From a virus: 64,000 bases of DNA. The position numbers were made by a program, and so were the translations under genes. The stretch lies in IMG/VR virus record IMGVR_UViG_3300047335_000043. The stretch is one strand, 5' to 3'. Below are positions 25,031 to 36,500 of the stretch, one piece after another. The first letter of the stretch is position 1, and every line of letters starts with the position of its first letter. Below the pieces are notes generated by a model. It searched no databases, was not told the origin of the DNA, and saw only the letters and a program-made list of their open reading frames with translations.

Positions 25031-27156
25031 CAGATCTGGCCGTCGGGAGCGTAGCGATAACGAATGAGACCGATGCGCCAGAAACTCCCGAGATCGCTGC
25101 TCGCGACGCGGATCGAGACCAAGCGACCACGGAAGCGCGTGTAGAAGTAGTTCGTGGCCTGGGTCACGGAGTACGGGCCATACACGGTTGGCGTCTGACC
25201 GGGATAATCGACGACGTAGAAGGAGATCTGCACCGTGGCGCTCTGCGCGGCGTCGTACTGACCCCACTTCATGTCGGGCCAGATCCAGTCGATGAAACTC
25301 TTGTAGTCGCCTTCCGAGAGCGCGTAGTAGCCCGTCTGGAAGTACGGCTGCATCGCGACACCCGCCGCATCATTGGAGGTCTCGTGCTGGTAGAGCATGA
25401 GCGAACTGGGGTCGGCGCCGATCGGCGGCCCGAGCACCGACTGATCGACCCACGCGGTGCGCCCGAGGGTGCCGTAGTCCCACACCTCTAAGGTGGTATT
25501 GAACTTCACGTACGAGTCCACTTCGCCCGTGCCACTCGCCGACGGGTAGAACCACTGGATCTCATCGAAGCGCGAGTTCACAGCGACGCGGATCTTCGTG
25601 GTGTTCGGCTGCCCGATCGTGGAATCAATCGCGGTGTTCAAGTTCTGGAAGATCACGTCCCAGATCGGACACGGGATCGTCTGCACGCCGTCGCTGGAGA
25701 GCATGTAGAACTGCGAGAAGCCCATCCAGTAATAGATGCCGCGCACGGCGGCGGCGGCTTTACGCGCGATGAGGCCGCAGCCCGTGCCGATCTCGTTGAA
25801 CGAGTACACGTAAGGCGTGCCGATGTACTGCATCGACCAGACATCGATGTCGGTCCAGATGAGCGCTTGCTGCGGTCCTTGCAGACAGGACACGATTCGT
25901 GAGCCCTTCGGAATGCGATAGGAGCCCGCTTGATTGGTGACGAGCGCGATCCAGGTGTTGTAGTTGCCGACGTCGCACCAGTTGATCAAGAGCGGGTCTT
26001 GTATGCCGGTCTGCGTCGAGCCCCACGCAATGATCTGGCGCTGCGGCATCGCCACGAACACGCCGTCGTTCACGGGTGGCGCGTTGGTGATGATCGTCGC
26101 CTGCCCCGTGGTCTCGCTCCACTGATAGATCGGCTGGAACTGCGGCACGCCCGCTGCTTGATCGCGCACCGGACACGAGATCAACGTGGCACCATAGTTA
26201 TCGAGCGTCCAATCAATCGCATCGATCTCGGTTCCAGTCGTCGGCACCACCACGGAGCCCGTGCCGTAGCCGCCCTGGCCGTAGTAGCCCGAGCCATAGC
26301 CCGTGCCGCCAGGCAGCGCGCCCTGGCCGAACGAGTAGATGTAGTAGATGTTGCCGCCATTTAAGGTGCCGCTCGTGCTCGCGGTCGCGGGCGCATTTGC
26401 CAGGATCGTGAAGTGACTGGAGTCGGTGAGCGACTGCACGACGTAATTGCCGTAGAACGTGATGCCGCCGACCGTCGTCGATACGAGCACCGGGAAGGTC
26501 GTGCCGACCGTGTAGGTGTAATTCGCGAGCGTCACGGTGACCGTAGGAGAGCCCGAAATCGTCGTGAACACGGGTAGCGTCGGACTTGAGGATGTGGACG
26601 TCGCTGGCGTGAGCGTGCCTAAGATATTGCTCGCGAATACCGTGTAGGCGTTGACCCCTAAGAAGCCATCGGGGTCGCACATGTACAGGCCAAAGAGCAC
26701 CAAGCCGCCGATGCTGATCTGGGTGGCGATGTAGACCGAGTTGTACTGCGTGATGCCGGGCACTGCCGTGTCGGTGATCTGCACGCTCGCACTGCCCGAC
26801 GTCGTGCTCACCGTCGGCGTGCCGCCGCTGGAGATCCTTAGCGTGGGCGTGATGTCCTGATTGCTGCCGTTCGTGATCACGCAGAGCTGCGCGCTGCCGC
26901 TCGTCGCCGTTTGCGTGCCCCCGGCGAGATGCGCGTTCGAGTTCAAGTCCTCCCAAGCCCAAAGCGCTCGCACGGTCGCGACCATCGGGTTTCGGTAGAA
27001 CGCTTGCCAGCCGCCCAACTTCGCCACCAGGCTCAAGCCATTGGGGTCGTAGTAATAGCGGATCAGTTGCGTGCTGACGATCCCGCCGTTCTCGTTCTGC
27101 GCGGGCGTCTCGTTGCTGTTCGCGCCACCGAGGAGCTTAATCGCAGCGTGTGGCAC
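25030..27156 (-). CDS. Tail nozzle / stabilisation protein (tail tubular B-like)
   Basis: 708 aa, beta-propeller-like; WSD/WCD, WMG and WDYGTLGRTAWVD motifs; synteny. Confidence 0.75.
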   Translation of the reverse strand: MPHAAIKLLGGANSNETPAQNENGGIVSTQLIRYYYDPNGLSLVAKLGGWQAFYRNPMVATVRALWAWEDLNSNAHLAGGTQTATSGSAQLCVITNGSNQDITPTLRISSGGTPTVSTTSGSASVQITDTAVPGITQYNSVYIATQISIGGLVLFGLYMCDPDGFLGVNAYTVFASNILGTLTPATSTSSSPTLPVFTTISGSPTVTVTLANYTYTVGTTFPVLVSTTVGGITFYGNYVVQSLTDSSHFTILANAPATASTSGTLNGGNIYYIYSFGQGALPGGTGYGSGYYGQGGYGTGSVVVPTTGTEIDAIDWTLDNYGATLISCPVRDQAAGVPQFQPIYQWSETTGQATIITNAPPVNDGVFVAMPQRQIIAWGSTQTGIQDPLLINWCDVGNYNTWIALVTNQAGSYRIPKGSRIVSCLQGPQQALIWTDIDVWSMQYIGTPYVYSFNEIGTGCGLIARKAAAAVRGIYYWMGFSQFYMLSSDGVQTIPCPIWDVIFQNLNTAIDSTIGQPNTTKIRVAVNSRFDEIQWFYPSASGTGEVDSYVKFNTTLEVWDYGTLGRTAWVDQSVLGPPIGADPSSLMLYQHETSNDAAGVAMQPYFQTGYYALSEGDYKSFIDWIWPDMKWGQYDAAQSATVQISFYVVDYPGQTPTVYGPYSVTQATNYFYTRFRGRLVSIRVASSDLGSFWRIGLIRYRYAPDGQI

Positions 27157-27493
27157 GACGGCTCCGATAAGCAGTCAAGCGGGAATAAATGCGATATGCT
27201 GGAACGCCATCGCATTTGAGCGCGATAGCCTCTGGGGATACGCGCCAAATGACATGGCGACGGATACCGAGATACGCCTGCAACGATTGCCAATAACGAT
27301 GCATCGCTTCGCTCAAAGTGGGTGCTGCAACGTCGATGCGGTCCTCATAGAATCCGACGCGGGGGCCATCCGTCGTCACGACGACGTATTCATTGCCGCG
27401 CTGATCGTAGGGTCCGACAACCCCGGATTCCTGCGTGATGCCATGCTCTTTCAGCATGTTTTGTAGCCAGCGAGTGTCGTGGTGCGTAATCAT
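27137..27493 (-). CDS. Hypothetical protein inserted between tail genes
   Basis: ATG 27493 directly after the upstream stop; 118 aa. Confidence 0.5.
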   Translation of the reverse strand: MITHHDTRWLQNMLKEHGITQESGVVGPYDQRGNEYVVVTTDGPRVGFYEDRIDVAAPTLSEAMHRYWQSLQAYLGIRRHVIWRVSPEAIALKCDGVPAYRIYSRLTAYRSRRATRCD

Positions 27494-27495
27494 CG

Positions 27496-28281
27496 CTACC
27501 GCGTCGGCGTCGCGGAAGTTGGCGTCGCATACGCGCTCCACGCCGAGCCCATCTGTTTGCGGCGGTCCTCCTCGCCGATCGCCCCTAAGCGCAGCGCCTG
27601 GTATTGCTTCTCGTACGTCATGCCCATGTCGGGCGAGTCCGAGGTGGCGCTGAAGTTCCTCTGATACATCGTGATGTAGATCATCGAGGCGATCACGAGC
27701 AAGTCGGGGAAGTACGCGCTGATGTACGTGAACTCGGTGTCGGCAATGCCGCTCACCGCATTCTGGTAAAGCGATGGCGAACGTGCGGTACCCGTCACGC
27801 GCAGCGTGTAGGCGTAGTTCGGGCACGGCCCAAGCAGAATGTTGGTGTAACTGTCTTGCTCGTCGCCGAAGTTGTCGCCGTACATCGCGAAGTACTGCGG
27901 CTGGTTGGCCGAGGCGATGCCGCCGTAGCAGTTCTGAATGAACTCCTTCGAGGTGGGCAGCAGCGGTGTGGCGTTCACGACGGAGCCGCTCGATGTCGTG
28001 CAGATCTCCAGCGTCTGCACGGTGACGAAGTCATCGACCGGCAGCGCGAACACATTCACGCCTTGCGTGAGCGTGTAGGTGTTCGACGTGGTGCTCGCGA
28101 GCATGTTCATGTCGCGCTGGATGCGCAGCTCGGCGTAGTTCAGCATCTCCGGCGTCGAAGTCGCGAGCGCGGTATCGCTGAACGCCCACACGCCACCGGT
28201 CTCGGCGGCCTGCACAACCGCCATCGCAGCCATTTGCTGGATGTAGTTGTTGTACGAGAGTGGGTTCGTTGCGGCGGTCAT
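27496..28281 (-). CDS. Head-tail adaptor / tail tubular A-like protein
   Basis: [13 protein letters not shown]...PQYFA...[11 protein letters not shown]; synteny. Confidence 0.7.
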   Translation of the reverse strand: MTAATNPLSYNNYIQQMAAMAVVQAAETGGVWAFSDTALATSTPEMLNYAELRIQRDMNMLASTTSNTYTLTQGVNVFALPVDDFVTVQTLEICTTSSGSVVNATPLLPTSKEFIQNCYGGIASANQPQYFAMYGDNFGDEQDSYTNILLGPCPNYAYTLRVTGTARSPSLYQNAVSGIADTEFTYISAYFPDLLVIASMIYITMYQRNFSATSDSPDMGMTYEKQYQALRLGAIGEEDRRKQMGSAWSAYATPTSATPTR

Positions 28282-29105
28282 ATCAGCGAGTACGTGATCG
28301 TCCAATCAACGAGCACGGCCTTGGTGCCGCTGGCCGTCCAGGCGCCAGCGCCGCTCACAGAGCTGCCGCTCACGCTCGCGAGAGCCAGAGTCACCGTGCC
28401 GCTCGTCGCTGCCACTTGGGCGACACCCATCAGCCCCGTGGTCGTGTTGTTCTCCAACTGCGTGCACGGCAAATAGGACGTGGTCGTGGCCGGCTGGCAG
28501 GCGCCCGGCAACCCGGTGAAGGTGAAGCTCGTCGAGTTGGACGTGCCCGTGCCGGCGGTGGTCGCGACGAGCGTGCAGATGCTGCCAGCGATCGTGTAAG
28601 ACACCGTGAACGTGGGCGACGTCGTCATCCCCGTGCACGTCGCGGTGAACGAGCCGGTGCTGTATCCCGAGCCCGTGGGCCCGGTGGGTCCCGCCGTGCC
28701 CGTGGGACCCGTGCTGCCGGTGGGGCCAGTCCCTGATGGGCCAGTCGCACCCGTAGGCCCGAGCGCACCGACCGGCCCCGTCGGGCCCGTGGGACCGCTA
28801 CCCGTGGGCCCGGTAGGCCCCGTGGCGCCACCGCCGGTTGGCCCGGTGGGACCGGTGCCCGAGGGACCCGTGGGCCCGGTGGTTCCCGTGGGGCCAAACC
28901 CCGTGGGTCCGGTGGGGCCGGTGCCCGAGGGACCGGTTGGACCCGTGGTCCCAGTCGGGCCAGTCGTCAGTTCGGCGAGCAGCGCGGTGGTCGCGCGCAT
29001 CGAGCTGCCGTACACGCCCGTGGGTCCCACCGGCACGATCTCGATGAGTTCGTTGCCGGTGAGGCCGGTGACTTGCCCGAGCTGTGGGATCGTCGTATTG
29101 CCCAT
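28278..29105 (-). CDS. Collagen-like (GPT repeat) fibre protein
   Basis: About 100 aa of G-P-T triplets followed by a beta-rich tip. Confidence 0.85.
   Translation of the reverse strand: MGNTTIPQLGQVTGLTGNELIEIVPVGPTGVYGSSMRATTALLAELTTGPTGTTGPTGPSGTGPTGPTGFGPTGTTGPTGPSGTGPTGPTGGGATGPTGPTGSGPTGPTGPVGALGPTGATGPSGTGPTGSTGPTGTAGPTGPTGSGYSTGSFTATCTGMTTSPTFTVSYTIAGSICTLVATTAGTGTSNSTSFTFTGLPGACQPATTTSYLPCTQLENNTTTGLMGVAQVAATSGTVTLALASVSGSSVSGAGAWTASGTKAVLVDWTITYSLI
28675..28970. repeat. Collagen GPT coding repeat
   Basis: Degenerate 9-bp periodicity (GGCCCCACG-like on the minus strand). Confidence 0.85.
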
Positions 29106-29839
29106 TACGGCCCCACCACCGGGAGTTGGGTGTAACCGTAGGGGAGTCCGACGATCGCCGTCAGGATGAGCGTACCGGAGGTCAGGAGTGATTGTGCCGG
29201 GATGTTGCTGAGCGTCTGATACGTGAAGCTGTTCGCGGTCGTGACCGTCACGCTGTAGAAGCCGCACGCGCCCGCGACGTTCAAGCCCTCGATCGACACC
29301 TGCGAGTTGTTCTGCAAGCCATGCACCGCCGCGCAGATCACCGTGACGATGGTCGTGCCGGCGCCGTTGATGGCATTCACGGGCAGCGATACCGCATAGG
29401 TAGCTGTGCCGTTCCACGGCATGATCGCGTCTTGTGAGAGGCCTGCGGGCCCGCCAATGGGCGACTGCGTGAGGTTCAAGCAGTCCTCGGTCACCAGCAG
29501 CGTCGTCGGCGGGATCGGGATGCCCGTCACGGGGTCAGTGACCGGAACTGCGCTCACGGTGTGGTAGTCGGTCTCGTCCTGGGCGAAGTTCTCGACGCTC
29601 GGGAAATAGATCGGCACGGGATCGGCGGGCAGCGTGATCGCACGGAGCTGCTCCTGCGGCGTGTCGAGACAGGGCTTGCACACGAGCAGGTACTTGTTCT
29701 GGAGCTGCGCGCCGGCCCAGTCGAACTGGAACTGCAGATCAACGCGGTTGTACCAGAAGCCGCAGCGCATGCAGACCGCAAAGGCCTGCGGGTTTCGCAA
29801 CGAGGTGCGGGCGCGGCCGGATTGTGAGGCGTATGCCAT
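29105..29839 (-). CDS. Head completion / neck protein with CxxC motifs
   Basis: [10 protein letters not shown]...AVCMRCG...LVCKPCLD; GGAGG SD. Confidence 0.7.
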   Translation of the reverse strand: MAYASQSGRARTSLRNPQAFAVCMRCGFWYNRVDLQFQFDWAGAQLQNKYLLVCKPCLDTPQEQLRAITLPADPVPIYFPSVENFAQDETDYHTVSAVPVTDPVTGIPIPPTTLLVTEDCLNLTQSPIGGPAGLSQDAIMPWNGTATYAVSLPVNAINGAGTTIVTVICAAVHGLQNNSQVSIEGLNVAGACGFYSVTVTTANSFTYQTLSNIPAQSLLTSGTLILTAIVGLPYGYTQLPVVGP

Positions 29840-29867
29840 TACGCTGCCTCCGGGCACGCGCGGTTTG

Positions 29868-30578
29868 TCACCGGTAGTAGCCCCCCATCATTGGCGAAAT
29901 GTAAAAATTCGAGGTTTCTGTGTTCTGTTTGCTTGCTATCGCCCATGCCTCGTCAGCAAGGGGCTTTAAAACTGGTACTTGCGTGGGAGCCCAACTGAGA
30001 GCAAGACGATAGGCAAGTCCGAGAGCGTACGGCTCATAAAAATAGTAGGGAATCTCGACGTTCTGACCGTTGGCGAGATTGGCATCCTGTGTTTGTCGAA
30101 GGCGGTAGTACTTGAACGACGCCTGCTGACCATCTGGAGTGGGCCACAAAGTAACCGTTGGCGACAACAGTCTGTCAAACCACAGAACAGTGGGTGCCCC
30201 CTGCTGCGACTTATTCGGATAGCTCGCATATTCAGTTCGGCTGACCGGCGTCATGATCCGATCAATCTCCGCAGAACCCGTGTTGATCGTGTAGTACGCG
30301 TCCAACATTACGATAGTGTTTGACGGTACAGAGTACGTTGCGCAACCTTGAACTAAGGTGATGCACTGCAGATCAACCTGCCACAAATTCACACCATCGG
30401 AACTCCACCGCCCAAGCAGCATGTTCGTCGCCATCCTAGCGGTCTCGAAATGCTGCTGCGTCAATGCGGTCGCCCGAATTCCACACAAGCCGTAGGCGTA
30501 CAACACCGTCTCGCCCATCGACGGGGCGAATGAGTAGCTTTCTGAGGTGTTCGTGACGTTGGCGGCTGGAGTACTCAC
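29868..30578 (-). CDS. Head-tail connector protein
   Basis: ETVLYAYGLCG...NMLLGRWSSDGVNLW...SRTEYASYPNK; synteny. Confidence 0.7.
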   Translation of the reverse strand: MSTPAANVTNTSESYSFAPSMGETVLYAYGLCGIRATALTQQHFETARMATNMLLGRWSSDGVNLWQVDLQCITLVQGCATYSVPSNTIVMLDAYYTINTGSAEIDRIMTPVSRTEYASYPNKSQQGAPTVLWFDRLLSPTVTLWPTPDGQQASFKYYRLRQTQDANLANGQNVEIPYYFYEPYALGLAYRLALSWAPTQVPVLKPLADEAWAIASKQNTETSNFYISPMMGGYYR

Positions 30579-31633
30579 GCGACCTTCTGGCGCGCGAACT
30601 CTAAGTTCTGCCGCAGCCGTAAATCAGAAGGTGCGAGTTCAACAGCTTTTTTCGCGTGTTCATACGACAACTGGTAAAGCTCTAGATTCCACGCGGCGAT
30701 CGAGGCCCAGTCGTGCGGGAGCCAGCCCCACACTTCGGGGTCCACGGTGTACAGGAACTCACGGTGTGAGATCGCAAGACACGTGAGCGCCGCGCCCAAT
30801 GACTCGGCCCAGCGGTGCGTCAAGTAGCACTCCTTGGCAAGCTCGCACCAGGGCTCGCGCGTGTGCGGCGCCTCGGAGGCGGCACGCCGAAACCAAGCGA
30901 GCGCCTGGTCGTGCTGCCCCAGCTCCTGGTAGCTGCGGCCAATCACGCGCATGGCGTAACAGCGCTCGTTCGCCCATGTAGCGCGCGGCAGATCGAGGTA
31001 GCGCTTGCATTGCTCGATGGCTTCGTCCCAGCGGCTGTAGAACGAGAGTTCTCGGGCGTAGTAGAAGGCGTTCCGGGGATCGAGCGGGTCTTCCTCGATC
31101 GAGACCTTGAGCAAGTCCAAGTACTGGCCGCGCGACTTGGTGGAATCTGGCTGATGCACAACCATGAGCATGTCGGTGTCAGCCCATCGCTCACTGAGGC
31201 GCATGTCGGGGACTGGATATTCGTGGCACGGATTTTTCCACCGATACCCGTAGCGGGCGTGGATCTTCTCGTACTTGAAAGCGATGCCGCAGCCCCAGTC
31301 AAAGCCGTAACGCAGGCGCGTCGTGCCTTCCGTCCAGACGCGCTCGATCTCGGCGCGCCAGCCGGGCTGCAGCACTTCATCGAGGTCCAGGCTCACGCAC
31401 ACGCGAATGTCGTCCGGTAGCATCGCGAGCGCGGCGTTTCGCGCATCGTCGAAGCGCCAGGGCTTGATCGAGATCGTGGCGACCGTCGCGCCGTTGACCT
31501 TGAGCAGCTCGACCGTGTCGTCGGTCGATCCGGTGTCGGCGACGAAGATGAGGTCGGCGTCCTTCGCTGATTCGCAGAAGCGCGCAACGAACTGCGCCTC
31601 GTTCTTCGCAATCGCGTACACGGCGATCTTCAT
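30575..31633 (-). CDS. GT2 glycosyltransferase with C-terminal TPR repeats
   Basis: KIAVYAIAKNE...DTGSTD...RFDDARN...SLDLDE (DxD); TPR-like YYARE and ALAWFRRA. Confidence 0.92.
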   Translation of the reverse strand: MKIAVYAIAKNEAQFVARFCESAKDADLIFVADTGSTDDTVELLKVNGATVATISIKPWRFDDARNAALAMLPDDIRVCVSLDLDEVLQPGWRAEIERVWTEGTTRLRYGFDWGCGIAFKYEKIHARYGYRWKNPCHEYPVPDMRLSERWADTDMLMVVHQPDSTKSRGQYLDLLKVSIEEDPLDPRNAFYYARELSFYSRWDEAIEQCKRYLDLPRATWANERCYAMRVIGRSYQELGQHDQALAWFRRAASEAPHTREPWCELAKECYLTHRWAESLGAALTCLAISHREFLYTVDPEVWGWLPHDWASIAAWNLELYQLSYEHAKKAVELAPSDLRLRQNLEFARQKVA

Positions 31634-31755
31634 GAGCCCACGCCGAGCAGCATCAAGCTGCTGTTGGTGCCTGAGATAAAACTAAATAGCGTTGAGCCAT
31701 CCCAGGTGGAGGCGATCGTATCGAATGTGACGGTGATCTCGTCGAAGGTCCACAT
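31630..31755 (-). CDS. Small virion-associated peptide (41 aa)
   Basis: Coupled on both sides; MWTFDEITVTFDTIASTWDG...LMLLGVGS. Confidence 0.6.
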   Translation of the reverse strand: MWTFDEITVTFDTIASTWDGSTLFSFISGTNSSLMLLGVGS

Positions 31756-33590
31756 CAGGAGAGCCTGTACCAAGTCGTGCTGGCAGCGTCGTACCAGATG
31801 GCGATGCCTTGCTGCGCCGTGAGCGTGCTAGGCACCGTGGGTGCGGTCTGGCCCGTGTAGCCCACAACTGAGAACGTGGTGATCGTGCTGGTGTAGTTAT
31901 TGACGATCCGCACCACATCGCCGTCGATGGGGTGCTGCGGCGTCGTCAAAGTCATGGAGGTGGGCCCGTTGATGGATACGATCCCCGCCCCGTTACCGAT
32001 CGAGTAGGTCGTTCCGGCGGTCAGCGTGACGTAGTTCGTGCCCGTGCGCGTGCCGATGATGTACGGCGTGCCTGCGGCGATCGCGGTCGTAAAAAATGAC
32101 CCTAGCGAAAGCGTGGTTGCCGTGTTGCTGGAGATCGGCAGCGACTTGCCCGCATAGATTCCACCCAAGAAGGTCACCTGATAGCCGGCCCATTGGGCCG
32201 TCGTCCAGGATTTGGTGGCGTCGATAAGCGTGATGGGTCCCGTTCCCCCCACGCTGGTCGCTTGACCATCGGTCTGCGCCGTCGTCACGACGGGACTGAT
32301 GTCGTAGCCGACCCCCGCAGTCGTCGCAAAGCCCAAAGCGGCGAACGTCAGCACCGTGGAGGTGTTCGACGCGATGAGCGAGGAGTACGCGAGGTTGCTG
32401 TTCGGCGTCGTCGTACCGCCGCTCACGGTGGGCGCAAGACCCGTCGTGAACGTAACGTACTGCCCGGCGAACTGATTGGTCGCCCAAGTCTGCGTAGCAT
32501 CCGTCATCGTCGTGGTCGTGCCGGCGGCGCTCGACACACCGAAGCACCCAGGCGTCGTCGGTCGGTCACCCAACACCGAGTACAGCGTAACGATCGTGTC
32601 GTTGATCTTGGTGCCGCCGACGCGCGCCGGATCGCCGGTCTTATCAGCAGGCGTTGTGCCGACGTTGATTTCTTCGAGCGCGGTGTTCGGCGTCGGGATG
32701 TAGATCAAGTCGCAGATAAGGATCGACGCCAAATTGTCGTACTGGTTCGAGTTGGTCGTCGCGAACCCCGGCGTGTACGTGCCAGCCGCCGCCGTGGCAT
32801 AGGCGGTGGTGCTTTCGTTGCCAGAACTCCAATAGGTTGACCCGATCGTCAGAACCGGCGCTGCCGAGCCAACACCGGCTTGATAGTTATTCGAGACGTC
32901 AATGCTTGCTGCCCAGAAGAGCGCTTGCCCCGTCGTGGTCACCGAGTTGAATGGCAGGTTGGTCGGCTGCGATCCCAAATTGTTGACGGCTTGCCAAGCG
33001 GATGCCTGGAAACCATTCGATGTGACGAGACCCGAGATGTCTTGCGCAATGGCCGAACGCAGACGCGTGCTGCTGTCCGTTAGCACGATCGTGTTACTGC
33101 CAGTCGCCGTGGACACAGCGTCGTAGATGAACAGTCCCGTGCCCGTGCTGTAGCTCACCGTGGTCGTCGGCGTCCCGGTGAGCGCGGTACTCCAAGTAAC
33201 CGTGGCGCTGCCATTAGTGACAGAGGCGATGCGGAATTCGCCGTCGGAGAACTGGAGCAATAGGGTACCGGTTGACCCGCCGTAAGTGGTGGATAGCGTC
33301 AGAGCGGTGGCGCTCGCCGAGCTGGAACCGCCAGGCGTCCAGGGATTTGAGGCCAGCGTGAGCGTGAGTAGGGTCGGTCCACCGATTCCCGCTACCGCTT
33401 TGGGGGTATAGGTGAGTCCTTGCGTATCCGCGAAGGTGATGAAACCGCCCGTGAACGCGCCGATCGACGCATGCACAAGCACGCGAATTTTGTCGCCGAC
33501 GGCTGTGACGGTGAGTGCCGGGAGCGTGATCGTTCCGAGCCCCGTGGTGCTGCCCGCACTCGCGACGGTTTGGTTGATGGTATAGCCCAT
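31755..33590 (-). CDS. Tail / head fibre protein
   Basis: Thr-rich; internal INVGTTPADKTGDPAR fibre motif; two D-x-T-x-x-W-x-T-x-Q-(F/W)-A-G repeats. Confidence 0.75.
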   Translation of the reverse strand: MGYTINQTVASAGSTTGLGTITLPALTVTAVGDKIRVLVHASIGAFTGGFITFADTQGLTYTPKAVAGIGGPTLLTLTLASNPWTPGGSSSASATALTLSTTYGGSTGTLLLQFSDGEFRIASVTNGSATVTWSTALTGTPTTTVSYSTGTGLFIYDAVSTATGSNTIVLTDSSTRLRSAIAQDISGLVTSNGFQASAWQAVNNLGSQPTNLPFNSVTTTGQALFWAASIDVSNNYQAGVGSAAPVLTIGSTYWSSGNESTTAYATAAAGTYTPGFATTNSNQYDNLASILICDLIYIPTPNTALEEINVGTTPADKTGDPARVGGTKINDTIVTLYSVLGDRPTTPGCFGVSSAAGTTTTMTDATQTWATNQFAGQYVTFTTGLAPTVSGGTTTPNSNLAYSSLIASNTSTVLTFAALGFATTAGVGYDISPVVTTAQTDGQATSVGGTGPITLIDATKSWTTAQWAGYQVTFLGGIYAGKSLPISSNTATTLSLGSFFTTAIAAGTPYIIGTRTGTNYVTLTAGTTYSIGNGAGIVSINGPTSMTLTTPQHPIDGDVVRIVNNYTSTITTFSVVGYTGQTAPTVPSTLTAQQGIAIWYDAASTTWYRLS

Positions 33591-36500
33591 TAATTGAACT
33601 CCAGTTGCGAGATCGTGCCGGTCTGATTCGAGCCGTTGCCGAACATCACGTAGTTCGCACCTACGACGAGCGGCACGTTGTTGATGGTAGTCGTGCCGTT
33701 GGCGACGCTCACGGCACTAGAGACGAGCTGGTTGGCAGCGCCCACGCCGCCGACATTCAGACTCGTCGTGAAATTGGTCGAGACGCCTGCGAAGGTCGCC
33801 TGCAGGGTGTAGGTGCCTGCGGTCTCGCAGTTGATCAGGATCGGGATATAGTGGCCGTTGAAATAGCGCACCGCCGGGCCGCCACCGTAACCACCAGAAC
33901 TGAAATTGAGCGCCGTCTGCACGATCGATGCCGCCGTCGTGTTGACGTTGTTCACCGGGTTTGCGGGATTCCAGGTACAAAGCGAACTGCCCGAGATGAA
34001 GGTGACGTTACGGACTTCGCCCGTGCTGAACGTCACGGCGAGCACCTGGCTCGCATAGCCCCAGGCCTGCGCCGCGCCGCCTGCGCTCACGGCGAGCGTG
34101 GCGTTCACGGAGATGTACTGCACGGGGGCGGTCGTGAAGTAGATGTTCGCGACCGGCGGCGCGGTCGCGTTCACGTTGTCCACGAAGTTGTAGCCGCTGA
34201 CGATGGAGGCACCGCCTGGGGCGGTTACGACGTTCCGCGTCGGCGTTACGGTCGCCATGAACGATTGCAACGCTGCGAGCGTCGGCGAATTGCTGTTCGG
34301 GTTACCGCCGCCGATGAGGCCCGTGTAGTTGTTGGAGAGTTCGTCTTGCGGCGAGTTGCCGGTGATGAAGCCCGACACGCCGCCACTGAAATGCGTGATC
34401 CTGGAATAGCCGCTATTCAGGCACGCCTGGTAGTAGCTCTTGACCGGCGCGACCATGCCGGAATTGCCGAGCGCGGCACCTAAGTTCGTGACGTTATTGT
34501 ACGAGGCGCCAGTCGATGGCGAAGTGCCGTTGTACTGACCGCCGGACTCATAGGTCATCATCGGGATGCCGTAATAAAGGGCAGTCACCGCGATGTTCTC
34601 GGACGACGAGTCGAGCGCCTGCGACGGCCCGTTCACGCTGATATTCGATTCGATCGTCGCGATGGAATCGGAATTCAGCATCGGCGGATTCATGTACGGG
34701 GCGATCGCGATGTAATGCACATCGCTAGCGGGAGCGCCGTAGCTCGTTGCCATGTAAGAAAGCGCGATCGAGAAGAACGCGTAGCCGTTGCCGCTCGTCT
34801 CCCAAGCAAGGATCTGTTTCGCTTTGACGCCCCACCAGCCCGACGGAAGCACCGACTGTGCGAGCAGCGAAAAGGCGCGCATGCGATAGCCCATGTACTG
34901 CGCCTGATTGGTCTGACTTGTGCCGCTCGTGTAGCCGGCAAGCCCAGGAAGCACTTTCATCATGTAGGAGACTTGGTTGCCCTCCCACAGCTCGTTCGCG
35001 GTCTCGAAATACAGCGTGCCAGTCGAAGTCCAGGTATTCGCAAGGAGCGTGAGCACTTGCGATGAGTACGAGCCCGCCGCATAGCCCGTGCCGTCTTCGA
35101 CGATCGGCAGGTTAATGTAGAGACCAATGTTGCAGGCGTTTGCGAGACCGATGTACCAGTCGATCGGAAAGCCTTCGACGTCGTAAGAAAGCTGCGTACT
35201 CGCGTTGGCGGTGAGCGCCCCACCGCCGCTTGACCAGCTCGCCGACACGTTGCTCGTGCCGCTGCCCACGGTCACGATGCGCGAGTCGGTACCGCTCATG
35301 ATCATGCCGAAGATGCCGGCGCCCTGACTCCACGCAGAGATCGTGCCGGTGGTGGCACCAGAAGTTGGCGCGCTCGTCCAATTGATTCGCTGTACACCAC
35401 CCCAACCGCTGGTCGGCGATCCCGATTGGCGCGCCTGGCAGTTCGCAATACGGTGGCGATTGCTGCTCGTACCCTGCGCCGTGTTCTCTAGCGCATTCGA
35501 CGGCCACATGATGCGTAGGTGCCCGTACTGACTGTAGTGATTGATCGCGTCGGTGGTATATGCGCTCGCGGGTACGGAGTTCGCCGTGTAGTCGAAATCC
35601 ACTGTGGTCGCGGTATATGCGGGCAGATTGCAAAAGACCTTCGTGGCACCGCCCGTGGTGCCCGACACATTGAATCCGAATGCGGTCGCACTTGATGACA
35701 CGGTGAGCTGAAAGGTCGAATAAGCGCCGCCCGTGCCATGCACGATGTTGCTCACGGTGCAATTGACGGCGGCAATCGTTTCCGCCCCGGTCCCGACGAA
35801 GCCGCCGTACCACGTGCCAATTTGCCAGGGCTGCGGGTTACCGCCCTCGTAGAGCAGGCAACCGAAGTCCGCCGCCGGCCAGCCGTTACTTTGCACGGCG
35901 ACCATGACCTCAGAAAAGCTGCCCGACTGATACACCGTGAAGCCGCGCGATTCGCGCACGCGGTTCTTGAAGATCGGAAGTCCTTCGTAAGAGGTCTGCG
36001 CGGCGCCGCCGGCCGCGAAGTTGATGCCGATCGGATTGCTGCTCGGGGCCGCGGGAAGGTTGATCGGACGAACGGGGTTGACCGGATACGTCGCTTGCGC
36101 GGACAAAATGCCCGCATGAATGTACGTGCCCCAACTATTCTCAAACCGCTGGTCATCCGATGACCAGTAGCGATGGGTGGCCCCCGTATTCAAGAATGCG
36201 GTGGATGGCACGGGCGACGTGCCGTTCATCGCCTGCGCGATCTGCACGACGCCGGCACTCGTGAACGGGAAATCAATCGCAGGCGTCGTCGGGGTCGTGT
36301 AGAAGTAGCTCTGGCCGTTGCTGGGCTGCCCCGTCTTGCCACCGTAGTCGGGGGTCTGCACTTGCCCGAAAATCGGCATATACCCTTTTAGGTTGGTGCC
36401 GGACGGGGAAGTCGGTAGCGGCGTCGTGGCGCTGCCGACGCCGATCGCGGGGTTGATCCCCATAAAAGACTGAATGGAGTTCTGCGCGTTTGAATAAAGA

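Noticed and set aside
24684-25130. Upstream-extended starts in the ORF track (also 50085-50231, 62539-62808, 46059-46274, 29106-29417)
   Set aside because: The extensions overlap real upstream genes; SD sites and stop/start coupling support the shorter starts
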